Origin: Leucoraja ocellata
Lineage: Eukaryota
Direction: 5' to 3'
Assembly (NCBI GenBank): GCA_036785375.1
Contig: JAWMAR010000211.1
Coordinates: 2,914,001 to 2,978,000, forward strand
DNA: 64,000 bases
Each line of letters begins with the position of its first letter. Positions within the stretch are counted from its first letter, which is position 1. Of the stretch, positions 37,091 to 49,895 are shown piece by piece. A model generated the notes under the pieces. It saw nothing but the letters and a program-made list of their open reading frames with translations, did not search any database and was not told the DNA's origin. The position numbers were made by a program, and so were the translations under genes.

Positions 37091-37254
37091 GTGGGTAAAA
37101 TGGAGAGAATCTATCATGTTCTAACACATTATTTTAATATGTACTGTGGTTAAGAATGCTACTTCCAGCTGTTGAAAGTCATTTGTATGAAGATGGAACA
37201 AGGAAGCTGAGAGTCAATTGAAAGGCCAGTGTTTCTCATGTACTTGTGTTATCA

Positions 37255-37530
37255 CCTTCCCCACAGTCAACGATGGACCATTGTGGGCTCAAACTTGCCT
37301 TGGTCACCTGGCTGGCTTTGATTTGTTCTTTTCATATTTTTAATTCTTTTGTTCTTTGTACCTTTTCGTACCTCTAGTTTCCCTCTCCCCCGACCCTCAG
37401 TCTGAAGAAGGGTCTCGACCCGAAACGTCACCTTTTCCTTTTCTCCAGATATGCTGCCTGTCCCACTGAATTATTCCAGCATTTTGTGTCTATCTTTGGT
37501 ATAAACCAGCACCTGCAGTTCCTTCCTACC
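37255..37530 (+). mobile_element. Penelope-like pLTR with the cleanest hammerhead-like core (37402-37429)
   Basis: CTGAAGA-A-GGGTC-TC-GACCC-GAAA-CGTC. Confidence 0.78.
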
Positions 37531-38104
37531 CTGATTGATCATGTAGTTGCCTGTTTGTTGATGTGCATTCTGAAATAATGATTGCATTTTATTATTTTTC
37601 AAGTGTTTTAAGAGTATTATTTGTTCTGATTTGCTTCTTATTTTTGGAATGTATATTTGAATGCCACATTTTAATTTCAGCAGCTGGCTGTTTTGCATTC
37701 TTAGGAATAATTAGGAACCTCAGTGACACTGAGGACATTTCAGGTCATGTGTAAAGTCTGAACTAGGCAAAGGATATTAGCTGCTCTGATGTTTCTGGAC
37801 ATTCTGGGTGGTGGACTCATCCACCTATTGTGACCTGGAATTTGCTCTGATATTTCTGAGTCTTGGTGTCATCCATTAATGACCAGAGATTCTGGGTCAA
37901 ATCCAGGAATTTCCCATGTACATCTTTTGGATTGGAGCTACTTTGCAGTAAGATGTGATGCTTTTCATTGGTATCATGCTTGTACACTGTATGCAGACCC
38001 ATAACTACATAGCATTGTTGTCTTTCATAAATGGGCTAAATGTTCCTGTCCATATCATTTCAAAATTACTTTTCTTATTATCCACAACTGGATTATTTCC
38101 AAAA

Positions 38105-38640
38105 AACCCCACAAAGTGCTGGAGTAATTTAACAGGTCAGTCAGCATCCCCGGAGAACATGAGCAGAAGAAGGGTCCCGACCCGAAACATCACCTCTCCA
38201 TGTTCTCCAGAGATGCTGCCTGACCTGTTGAGTTACTCCAGTACTGTGTCTTTTTTTGTAAACCAACATCTGCCTACAAGCATCTGCTTCCATCTGTTTA
38301 TAAGAATGATCCCAAGAATGAGTAGGTTAACCTATGATGAGTGTTTGTCGGCATTGGGCCTGTACTCGCTTGGGTTTAGAAGAATGAGGGGGAACCTCAT
38401 TGAAACGTACAGAAAAGTGAAAGGCTTGGTTAGAGTGGATGTGGAGAGGATGTTTCCATTAGTGGAAGAGTTTAGGACTAGAGGTCATAGCTTCAGAATT
38501 AAAGGATGTTATTTTAGGAAGGAGATGAGGAGAAATTTATTTAGTGAGAGGGTGGTGAATGTGGAATTCTTTGCCGCAGAAGGCTGTGGAGGCCAAGTCA
38601 GTGGATTAACGCAGAGATAGATAGATTCTTGATTAGAACT
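38105..38640 (+). mobile_element. Inverted Penelope pair followed by a CR1 3' fragment
   Basis: LGLYSLGFRRMRGNLIETY peptide in ORF 37955-38620. Confidence 0.8.
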
Positions 38641-40324
38641 TCATTGTTATTGTACAATTTACAGTGTAACAGAGTTTTATGTTTTACACTGCGTAAATAA
38701 TCATAATCATAATCATAACAGTAATTTATTAGCCAAGTATGTTTTGCAACATACACAAGGAATTTGATTTGCCGTACAGTCACATCAATAAAGAGCAACA
38801 AGACAGCCAAATGCATTTTTAACATGAACATCCACCACAGCCGAACATCCACCACAAATGGAAAAAATATTCAGGCTTTCATAGCTTAAACTTTACATTA
38901 ATTAAAATACTTCAGCATTTAAATTCATCACATTTCATACATTAAATCATTCCCTTTACTTTTGAGCATATGTTGATTTATTTTTGAGAGGAGGTTTCCC
39001 ATGTTTTTAGTGAGCCCAGTATGTCAGGGTTGTAGATATAAGCAAAATGCATCAAGGTAAATAATGCAACACTTGGATATTGGATCATATTTCTAGTTTA
39101 TAATGGTGTGAATTACATAGTAGATTTATGTTAACACTACCATTTGGATCCAGCACCAAGCAGTGATATCATATAAAATGACCGGCACTGTTATTAATGC
39201 AGTTTATTGAAAGCTTCACTATTAATCATCAATAGTACAACATTTCACCTTCATTTACATTATACAATGAAAGGAGTTAAAAGGGTCATGCAGCGGCTGG
39301 TATTCCTGTTTCAACAGCTTCAGGGATCAGATGCAGACTGCAAGGAAATATCCCTGTAACTGTGTTTGGCTTTCTCTGGGTGCTCCGGTTTCATCCCATA
39401 TTCCAAAGGTTGATATATTTGGTTACTACGGATTATGTTTTGGTATAGATCAGTAAAAAAAGAGGTACTGATGGGGGTGTGGGATGGAATATGTTTCAAG
39501 GCTACAGGGAAATAAGGAAGGGAGGGGAGGTGGAGGATGGAACAGATTGACTTTCTCTGCTGAAAGCTAGCATGGACACAACAGGCTTTATGGCCTCATT
39601 TGTGTTGCAGCGAATACATTGAAAGTGTTGAAATATTAGCAGGTATCCCAGGGAATTCTGTCTAGACCAATGCGTCAGTGAAAGCAATCATGAACTGGTA
39701 GCACCAAATTAAATAACCTCATCCTTTTGAGAGGTGAGAAGATCTGTACCATGTAGGTAAGCATCAGAACATCTGCACAACACATTTTTAATGTACAAAG
39801 ACCAACAAAAGAGGAAGAGTCCCGATCCAGAATGTGACCTATCCATTTTCTCCAGAGATGTTGTCTGACCCATTGAGTTACTCCAACATTTTGTGTCTAT
39901 CCAACTAAAAAGGCGTTGTTTTGGTATGTGATATTGTTTTAAGTTCCGACCATCTTCACTCTCTTGGCTCACTGACCTGGACCTTTTCTTTCTCCTCCTT
40001 CTCTTCTTTCCCCATCACAAATCCTCCCTCTCCTAAGCACAAAGAGGAAGGATGTAAGTATAAAAGAAATATGAAATTGTATTCCAGAAAGAATCATTCC
40101 TTGGCTAGAAGATGTAAATAATTTACAATACCTTGATTTCTGTTCACAGCTTTTTCAGTAGTTTAGGACTTGTGATTCTATCATTTTAGCATCATGGGTA
40201 AATAACACGAGGCAGGGTCTTACACGATTAATACGATGAAGAATTTGCTGGTTAATTTACATCACTATTTCTATCATGGATTGTGTGTATTCTTCAAGAA
40301 CTGTAACTGAAACAACTAGATACT

Positions 40325-41020
40325 TAGAGACATAGAGAGATGCAGCGTGGAAACAGGCCCTTCGGCCCAACTTGCACACACCAGCCAACACGTCGCAGCT
40401 ACACTAGTCCAACCTTCCCGTGTTTGGTCCATATCCCTCCAAACTTGTCCTATCCATGTACCTCTCTAACTGTTTCTTAAATGTTGGGATAGTCCCAGCT
40501 GCAACTACCTCCTCTGGTAGCTTGTTCCACCCACTGAGTGAAAAAATTACCCCGCAGATTCCTATTAAATCATTTCCCCTTCACCGTAAACCTATGTCCT
40601 CTGGTCCTCGATTCATCTACTCTGGGCAAGAGACTCTGTGCATCTCCCTGATCTATTCCTCTCAACATATTATACACCTCCATAAGATCACCCCTCATCC
40701 TCCTGTGTTCCAAGAAATAGAGTCCCAGCCTACTCAACCTCTCCCTATAGCTCAGACCCTTTAGACCTGGCAACATCCTCGTACATTATCTCTGTACCCT
40801 TTCCAGTTTGACAACATCTTTCCTAGAACACGGTGCCCAGAAATGAACACTATACTCTAACCGCGGCCTCACCAACGTCTTATACAACTGCAACATGGCC
40901 TCCCAGCAGATGCTAGTTTAAACCGAAGATAGACACAAAATGCTGGAGTAACAGCGGGTCAGGCAACATCTCTGGCTTTAAAGAATGGGTGATATTTCGG
41001 GTCGAGACCCTTCTTCAGAC
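40325..41020 (-). mobile_element. CR1 3' part followed by a Penelope pLTR
   Basis: GLSYRERLSRLGLYFLEHRRMRGDL peptide; tttcgggtcgagacccttcttcagac. Confidence 0.82.
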
Positions 41021-42109
41021 CTTCCTGAATTTTACCGATTCTCATCAGTTTATTTTTCTCCTTCTTGCAAAGTTTTCAGCTCCAGCTGTTTAAGGCCGGA
41101 TCATATGGTAAAATAACTCCCTAAATTGAATGAGAATATCCTTAAAACATTTATGAGTAAAATTCCCTTTGACAATAAGAGTTTGTTGATGCTGCCTTCA
41201 AAATGGTGTGTGTGTGTGTGTGGGTGTGTGCACAGTTTTGCTGCTGATAGTATAATGTAGAACAACACCTATAGTGGGTCTGAAATGTAGTGGGGCACTG
41301 CTGACTAATGAGGCCTGGCAAAGGCTACAGGCACAGAACAACAGCATCTATGAAAAGACTCATGGAATTAGCAGGATCATTATTTTTCATGCCAGTGGGC
41401 ATTTTGGAGCAGTACCTCAGATGGCTGAGCTCACCAGCAGCACCTTAGCAAATAGCCTTCCAGAATCCTCATTATCTGCTGCATGCTGCAAAACTTTGTT
41501 ATCCCAAGACCTCAACTCAAGGCAATATCAGAATGGAAGTGCAGTGCAAGAGGATGCAGCTGCGGTTACACATAGGAAGCCAGGAGAATTAATGTACCAC
41601 CACTCAACCTGATGCATTCAATTTACTGTAAGTTCCCCTTTAAACAACAGTGTGCAACTCAGAAAGAGTAGGCAGGAAATCATAGTTCCCTTGGTGCATC
41701 CCCGTTTTGTCTCTAATACACAGAAGCATGCATACATATGTTACTCAACAGTGCTTCCTCCTCAGTATTTTGTAACATGTAATTCCCAATCTGTGGGCAG
41801 CCAGTGGAAAGAGTATGTGTGTTGTCATGCTTCAAGGTTTAAGTGAGAACTGGCTGTAATTCAAGAGGGAAATTAAATACTGAAAACATTGCTGCTGGAA
41901 CAAAGGAGTGAGCTTGTGTGTGAATTCTTGAAACGGGTTGGAGAATGGAACGTTTCTGTATTCGGAATATGTGAAACAATGGTATCTTTGGAGAGGAGGA
42001 GGAATCAACAGCAAAGTTTCCTACAGCAGCACAGTTATTCCCGGAGCTGAAAGCACCAGGATCCATTAGAAATGTGTAGGCAGGGTCTGCAGATGCTGGT
42101 TTAAACCGA

Positions 42110-42512
42110 ATATAACCATATAACCATATAACCATATAACAATTACAGCACGGAAACAGGCCATCTCAGCCCTACAAGTCCATGCCGAACAAACTTTTTT
42201 CCCCTTAGTCCCACCTGCCTGCACTCGTACCATAACCCTCCATTCCCTTCTCATCCATATGCCTATCCAATTTATTTTTAAATGATACTAATGAACCTGC
42301 CTCCACCACTGCCACTGGGAGCTCATTCCACACCGCCACCACTCTCTGCGTAAAGAAGTTCCCCCTCATATTACCCCTAAACTTCTGTCCCTTAATTCTG
42401 AAGTCATGTCCTCTTGTTTGAATCTTCCCTATTCTCAAAGGGAAAAGCTTGTCCACATCAACTCTGTCTATCCCTCTCATCATTTTAAAGACCTCTATCA
42501 GGTCCCCCCAGC
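42110..42512 (-). mobile_element. CR1 3' end, same subfamily as the 24913 copy, flanked by Penelope pieces
   Basis: (TAACCATA)n tail; RGIDRVDVDKLFPL peptide. Confidence 0.88.
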
Positions 42513-42727
42513 CTTCTGTATCCCTGCAATAAACACAAAAAGCTGGAGTAACTCAGCAGGACAGGCAGCATCTCTGGAGAGAAGGAAGGCATAGGTGACG
42601 TTTTGGGTCAAGACCCTTCTTTAGTCTGATGAAGGGCCTCAATCCTGCTCTCCAGAGATGCTGCCTGTCCCACTGAGTTACTCCAGCTTTTTCTGTCTAT
42701 CTTAGGATCCATTAGAAGCTGGGTCAG

Positions 42728-43405
42728 TGTCACAGTCTGCCCTCTCCTCATTCTCATCCACTTCACCTCCCAGTACTTTTCCACCGGTCCCACCTTCTCC
42801 TCACCTGCCTGCCTGCCACTCCCCTCTCATCAGCCCAACTCTCCTCACCTGTTGCACTCAGTTGCCTCTGATCACCTATTAACCCGGTATATAGACTCTC
42901 CTCACCGTTCACACAGTGCCAGATTGTTCTCAGCATTCATGCAAGACTCTCCAGCGATTTCCCGACTGCCTACACGGATTCGAACCTGCCTGCCACTGAC
43001 CATTCCGTCCTGTCGTCTTCCCGGATATCACCTCAGCCTTCTGTCCCCGACCATGGCCTTCGTCCCGTACCTCCTGGTTTCTGTCTGCCTCTCTCCTGGG
43101 CTGTTTGGTGTATCCCTGCAACGGCTCCTCGACTTCCTGCCTGGCTTCGACTCTCCTTTCATCTGTCCCTCGCTGGTTTGTTTGCATCGTGTGTTGGATC
43201 TCCTGGTTACCGGACCTTCCACTACCCCAACTACGTCTCCTGCCTGCCCCTCTTCGGAGCCCTCACTCAATCCTGAGCCTCTGTGTGAGTACGGTGTACC
43301 CATTCCTGTGTTACTACTCTGTGTTGCAGTATCGTAATTAAGTTCATTACCAATTATACCTGCCTGATTCTGTACTGCTATTGGGTCCAAGCTATACCCG
43401 TTACA
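42728..43405 (+). mobile_element. Solo LTR (Gypsy-like), 678 bp
   Basis: TGTCAC...GTTACA termini; 5-bp flanks gtcag/atcag (one mismatch); TATA-like gtatatag; ctgctattgggtcc near the 3' end. Confidence 0.7.
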
Positions 43406-44299
43406 ATCAGGAATGATAGGGATATGTTGCCTTGGCAACCAGTACAATTTCTAGCACCTCATAGACTGCCACAAAAAGTTTAATGAGGTCACAATATTGA
43501 CTAAAGTAAATGGAGACTCGGTTCTGTGTTCACAGCCTGAGTGACTGATCAGAGCATGATTCCGTCTCTTGCATGTTGTACTAATAACTGTCTGACAATC
43601 ATTTTGTATGATGTGTGTAACTGATATAAATTCACATCATAAACATTCACGTCTTGGCCAGCTAGAAACATCAGTGCAATGCATAGTAATTGCTAACTAA
43701 TTTTATGATTTATTCCAGAAAGGGAGAAAATTGAAATTATTTTGAATGTATTATCTGAGTCGCCATCTTTTTTTAAAATCTATTAATATGTGCAGAAGTC
43801 ACAGAACAGCTGTGGGGTGTGTAGATCCACAAAAGGTTGGAAAGTATAGTTCTGCATAAGCATCCCTCACATACACATGGACACACTCAACAGCAGACGT
43901 TCCAGTCATTAGAGACAAGCAACCATTTTGAGCCATGACGTACAGAAGAGTAGAATATATAGGGAGCAGTCAGCAGACTTTTCCAACAACAATGAACTAG
44001 CTTTTATGAGCAGTTTGTGGATGTTTCAGAACATTGTTATATCTGAAATTATATCAATAACATAATATATAATTCCAGGCACTCCAGTTATCTCCCACAA
44101 GCCAAGGATGTGTGGGTTTGTAGATTAATTGGCCTCTGTATATTGGCCTGATGTGTAGGGAGTGGATGAGAAAGTCTGATAACAGAGAAGTGTTAACCCT
44201 AACAGGTTGATCGATAGTGGATCTGGTGGGCCAAAGGACCTGTTTCCACGCTGTATCTCTAAAACTAAAAAAATAAAATTTCTATTGATTAAAAATAAT

Positions 44300-45500
44300 A
44301 ACACTGGAAGTCTGAAATAAAAATAGATCATGCTGGAAATACCCAGCATCTGAGGAGAGAAAAAACACAGTTAACCTTTCAAGTTGATGACCTTTTGAGT
44401 TGTGACAAAAGGTTTTCATTCTAAAATTCAAATTCCATTACTCACAGCACAATGTTACCTGACCCGCTGAGTATTTCCAGCACTGTCAACATTTACAAAA
44501 AACACATTGCTGGAGGAACGCAGCAGGTCAGGCAAGAAAATGGACAGACATTTTTTTGAGAATGAGAGGCAGGGGAAAGGGAAACGAGGGATATAGACGG
44601 TGATGTAGAGAAATATAGAACAAATAAATGAAATGTATACAAAAATGTAACAATGATAAAAGAACCAGGCCATTGTTGTTTGCTGTGTGCAAGGTGAGAA
44701 CGAGTACAGACAATGCAAACACATTCATTCCCAATCCCAATCCCACACTGACCTTTCTGTCCTAGGCCTCCTCCATGGTCCATTGCCAAATGAAAATTGG
44801 AGGAACAGCATGTTATATTTTTCGCTTGGGCAGCTTAGAGCCCAGTGGTATGATTCTTGATTTCTCTAACTTCAAGTAACCCTTGCATCCCCTCTCCCCA
44901 CCAAGGTTGTGCCAGCTTCAAAGTCGTCTTATTGCATCTCATTGGCAGAAAAGTCAGTGTGAGAATGGGAGGGGGTATTAAAGTTGGCAACTGATTGTCT
45001 GTACTTGTCTTCACCTAGTTACACAGCTAACAATGGCCTGTTTCCTTCGTCATCCTCACTTTTTTGCATATCTTTCAGTCATTTGTTCTATTTCTCTACA
45101 TCATCACCTATATCTCACGTTTCCCTTTGCCCTGACTCTCAGTCTGAAGAATGGTCTCAACCCAAAATGTCACCTTTTCCGTTTCTTCAGAGATGCTGTC
45201 TGACCCGCTGAGTTACTCCAGCTTTTTGTGTCTATTTTCCGTTTAAACCAGCATCTGCAGCTCCTTCCTACAGACGACGTTTTGAGTCGGACCCTTCTTC
45301 AGCCTGATAAAATAGAGGTAGAAAGATGTGTGGGGAGGGGTTGGGGGAATATCTGTCAAGTGCTAGGTGATGGGTGAATCCAGATAAGGAAAGGTAGATT
45401 GGTAGATGCATCACATGGGACAGAGGGACAGAGATGGTAACCAAGGCTGCAGGTGATAAGTAGAGAAGACACAAGGGTGCAGATAGTGGAATCTGACAAA
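44300..45500. mobile_element. Penelope-like element cluster with GIY-YIG endonuclease C-terminal remnant and inverted pLTR
   Basis: About 44795-44877 encodes KLEEQHVI/FRLGSLEPSGMILDFSNFK. About 44570-44720 is the reverse complement of about 44995-45130. Confidence 0.82.
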
Positions 45501-45719
45501 AAAAAGAACGATGATGACCGACATGTAGAACCAGAGGCACTTTTAATATTTGTATTGTATTTGAATCTGAATGTACAAAATAAGACTATTTATAAAAGAA
45601 AAATGTCAATTTCACAGTAACTTGATTAAGTTGAACAAATGTTTGGTCAATTGTGCCTGTGATGTTCTTGATTGCAGATAACACCATGTTATCTCATGAA
45701 TCCAGTGTGAGGAGGTGCA

Positions 45720-46090
45720 TTTGGCAGTAAATTCCAGTGCATACTCAATGCATCTAAAGGACTTGAAGGATGGGTGTTACGCCCTCTCATCTTCTGAGAA
45801 CATTCTACAGATGCACCACAGAAAAGATCCTATCGTGATGCATCATAGCATGGTTTGGTAACAGTTCTGCCCCACCCTACAAAAAATTGCAGAGATTTGT
45901 AGATGTTGGTTAGACCTTCACATAAACCAGCCTCCCCACCGTTAACTCCAGCTCCTTTTTTCACCTCGGCCATTCGCTCTTCTCCCATTTCCCATTGGGT
46001 AGAAGTTACAAAAAGTTGAAAGCACAAACATCTTCTTCCCCACTATTATCAGATTCCTGAACAGTCCTCCCATCAGCTGGGGTGTAGTCC
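45720..46090 (+). mobile_element. Degenerate Rex1/Babar 3' fragment
   Basis: acattctacagatgcaccacagaaaagatcc...gcatggtttggtaac, related to the 29291 copy. Confidence 0.6.
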
Positions 46091-47506
46091 CGATCTTCCA
46101 ACCTACCTAGTTGTTGACCTTGGACTTTTCCTCTGTAACTGTAATGCTTTAATTGCTGTGACCCCATATTCTACACTCTGGCATTTTCTTCCTTGCAGGA
46201 CCTGTTGTACTTGTGCTTGGTAGACAAAAAATGTAGACTAAAAATGCTGGAGAAACTCAGCGGATGAGGCAGCATCTATGGAGCGAAGAAATAGGCGACG
46301 TTTCGGGTCGAAACCCTTCTTCAGACTGATAGGGGGTGGTGGGGAGAAGGAAGGAAAAAGGAGGAGCCCGAGGGCTGGGGGATGGGAGGAGACACCCCGA
46401 GGGCTGAGGAAGGAGGAGACAGCAAGGGCTAACAAAATTGGGAGAATTCAATGCTTGGTTTGTGTGATGGTCTGGGCTGCATTCACAATTCATTGCAATT
46501 TCTTACGTTCTTGGCTGGAGCTGTTCCCAAACCAAGCTGCGATGCATCCTGATAAAATGGTTTCTATGGGGCATCTGTAAAGGCTGGTGAGAGTTGTTGG
46601 GGACATGCCGAACTTCCTAAGCCTTCAAACAAGTAGAGGCATTGATGTGCTTTCTTGGTCGCTGCTTCAATATGGATGGTCCACGAGAAGTTGCTGGTGA
46701 TATTGACTCCAAGGAATTTGAAGCTTTCGACCATCTCTACTTCATCTCTGTCAATGCAAACTGGGGCATGTGCACCGCTTCACTTCCTGAAGTCGATCGC
46801 TGTCTCCCTTGTCTTGCTGACATTGTGAGAAAGGTTGTTGTCTCGACACCAGGACACGAGGTTCTCGATCTCCTTCCTCTACTCCGTCTCATCATTATTT
46901 GATATCTGGCCCACAATGGTGGTGTCATTTGTGAATTTGTAGATTGCATTAGATTTGTACCTGGCTGCACAGTGATGGGTGTACAAGGAGTAAAGAAGGG
47001 AGCTGAGAAGGCATCCTTGCAGTGCACTAGTGGATTATTGTGGAGGATGATTTGTCATCTAACCTCACTGATTGGGGTCTGTTGGTTAGGAAGTCGAGGA
47101 TCCAGTTGCAGAGATGAGAGCTGACTCTAAGTCCCATGAGTTTGTTAATGAGTATGGTATAATGGTATTAAATGCAGAGCTGTAATCTGTGAATAAAGAG
47201 CTGTAGTCTCTGAAGTATGTGCCTCTCTTCTTCAGGTGTTCCAGGGATGAGTGTAGAGACAGGGCGAAGGCTTTGTCTGTGGACCTGTTGTGGTGGTAGG
47301 TGAACTGCAGTGGGTCATGGGCACTGGGTAGACTGGATTTAATGTGTTCCATAACCAGCCTCTCAAAACATTTCATGATGGTGGATGTCAAAGCCACTGG
47401 ACTGTCATTGTTTAGGCACGAGTTCTTGCTTTTCTTCGGCACTGGAATGATTGTGGTCTTCTTGAAGCAGGTGGGTACCTCCGAACGGAGTAGGGAGAAA
47501 TTAAAG

Positions 47507-48776
47507 TAGCAATGTAACAAAATTTTGAGATTTTAAAAATCAACTGCAATTTATCCCATCAGAGAATGCATTAAAAGAAGTTTAATTTGGCACCTAATTC
47601 ACTTTCATATCTTCAGTATTAAACAAGATATGGCCATTTTCATAATCTTGTTCCCTTTTGCTTTTCCCTTGACGTCGTACGTCACGCGTGAACTTCCCGC
47701 GGACTTCGCTTGAACTTCACATCGCTCGACCTCCGCGCGGCCCCCGCTTCTGGTTTGGTTGCGCTCGCCGCATGCAGGTGGGACCGGCCCTGTACGGTGA
47801 TCACTCGACCTCCGCGTGGCCCCCGCTTCCGGTTTGGTAGCGCTCGCCGCATGCAGGTGGGACCGGCCCTGTACGGTGATCACTCGACCTCCGCGCGGAC
47901 CCCGCTTCCGGTTTGGTAGCGCTCGCCGCATGCTGGTGGGACCGGCCCTGTACGGTGATCACTCGACCTCCGCGCGGACCCCGCTTCCGGTTTGGTTCAT
48001 GGGACAGGCCCTTAAGTATCCAAATAACAAACTAATCCCATTCACACAAGAATTCACAATATAACATGATTTTTAAATCTCACTGTCATGAACATATGCC
48101 AGATGGAAGGGATTTAATGTTTAATTCCCATAAACAAATCCAGAAACTTCCACTTTCAAAATAATCAAAATTATTATTTTTTGCACAATAAATGTGGCTC
48201 AAGCTGTTGAGTACATTTCGTATAAAAATATTGATTATGGATGGACTATTCACAAAATATTGATGATTTAGATGCTCTTATGACATGAATGTCCAATTAA
48301 AATAATTTTAATCATTTTGCATGATAAATAAACCGTATTGTATTGTTGTATTGAGTGGGTGTTTCTGGAACGTGATCGATTGGAATGTTGCGGTTGCGAT
48401 GAATTTGACCCCAATATCGGCAAGAAAGACACTGCCGGTTCGTATGGGGCCCAAATCGCATTTTCGCAACGTAAAATTAGATTAAAGCCACCCCAAGAAG
48501 CAAGATTATATGTAAAATAGACGACTTGCCCTTTCTTTTGTCCTCTTATTGCGATCCGTGACGCTGCAGGCGTTGAGGGCTTTTGAAGTCACGTTTTAAA
48601 CTATTAAATTCTACAACGATTAAAAAAAAAAACAGGGTAGTCCGATCGATTTTTCTTCATCGACTCGCAGCCCGAGAAAATCCCCCCCCCCCCCCCCCTC
48701 TAAAGGCACCAAAGTCATGCACACGGCCAGTGGCAGAACTGCAGTGCCGCTGAATGTAGGTTTTGTAACATCGCTA
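47507..48776. mobile_element. Non-autonomous hAT-like DNA transposon with 16-bp TIR and 7-bp TSD
   Basis: TIRs tagcaatgtaacaaaa and ttttgtaacatcgcta; attaaag at 47500-47506 and 48777-48783. Confidence 0.75.
47722..47995. repeat. 79-bp tandem repeat (about 3.4 units) derived from the end of a Harbinger-like MITE
   Basis: tcgacctccgcg at 47726, 47805, 47884 and 47963. TIR gggacaggccct ends at 48012. Confidence 0.9.
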
Positions 48777-48935
48777 ATTAAAGATGTCCGCCAATACTCC
48801 CACTAACTGGTCTGTGCAGCTGCTAAGCACACAACCAGAAACTCTGCCTGGGACAGTTGCTTTCCGTGGGTTTTCCCTCAGGAAGGTCAATCTAACCTTT
48901 GCTACAGTCACCCTGGGGAGAGGCCCACTGGAATC

Positions 48936-49895
48936 TGAAACGTAGAAAATAGGTGCAGGAGTAGGCCATTCGGCACTTCGAGCCTGCGCCGCCATTCAAT
49001 ATGATCATGGCTGATCATCCAACTCAGTATCCTGTACCTTCCTTCCCTCCATACCCCCTGATCCCTTTAGCCACAAGGGCCACATCTAACTCCCTCTTAA
49101 ATATAGCCAATGAACTGGCCTCAACTACCTCTGTGGAAGAGAATTCCAGAGATTCACCACTCTCTGTGTGAAAAATGTTTTCCTCATCTCGGTCCTAAAC
49201 GATTTCCCCCTTATCCTTAAACTGTGACCCCTTGTTCTGGATTTCCCCAAAATCGGGAACAATCTTCCTGCATCTAACCTGTCCAGCCCCTTAAGAATTT
49301 TGTAAGTTTCTATAAGATCCCCCCTCAATCTTCTAAATTATAGCGAGTACAAGCCGAGTCTATCCAGTCTTTCTTCATATGAAAGTCCTGACATCCCAGG
49401 AATCAGTCTGGTGAACCTTCTCTGTACTCCCTCTATGGCAAGAATGGTTTTCCTCAGATTAGGAGACCAAAACTGTACGCAATACTCCAGGTGTGGTCTC
49501 ACCAAGACCCTGTACAACTGCAGTAGAACCTCCCTGCTCCTATACTCAAATCCTTTTGCTATGAATGCTAACATACCATTCGCTTTCTTCACTGCATGCT
49601 GCACCTGCATGCCTACTTTTAATGACTGGTGTACCATGACACCCAGGTCTCGTTGCATCTCCCCTTTTGCTAATCGGCCACCATTCAGATAAAAGTCTAC
49701 TTTCCTGTGTTTGCCGCCAAAGTGGATAACCTCACATTTATCCACATTATACTGCATCTGCCATGCATTTGCCCACTCACCCAGCCTATCCAAGTTGCCT
49801 TGCAACCTCCAAGCATCCTCCTCACAGCTAACACTGCCCCCCAGCTGCGTGTCATCCACAAACATGGAGATGTTGCATTCAATTCCCTCGTCCAA
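48936..49895 (-). mobile_element. CR1 LINE 3' part
   Basis: ORF 49338-49916 FVDDTQLGG...RPHLEYCVQFWSP. Confidence 0.92.

Noticed and set aside
42852-43447. Overlapping ORFs of 85-161 aa
   Set aside because: They lie within the solo LTR and reflect its compositional bias.
47722-47995. Regularly spaced repeats suggestive of a CRISPR array
   Set aside because: Whole units repeat with no unique spacers, in a eukaryotic transposon context.
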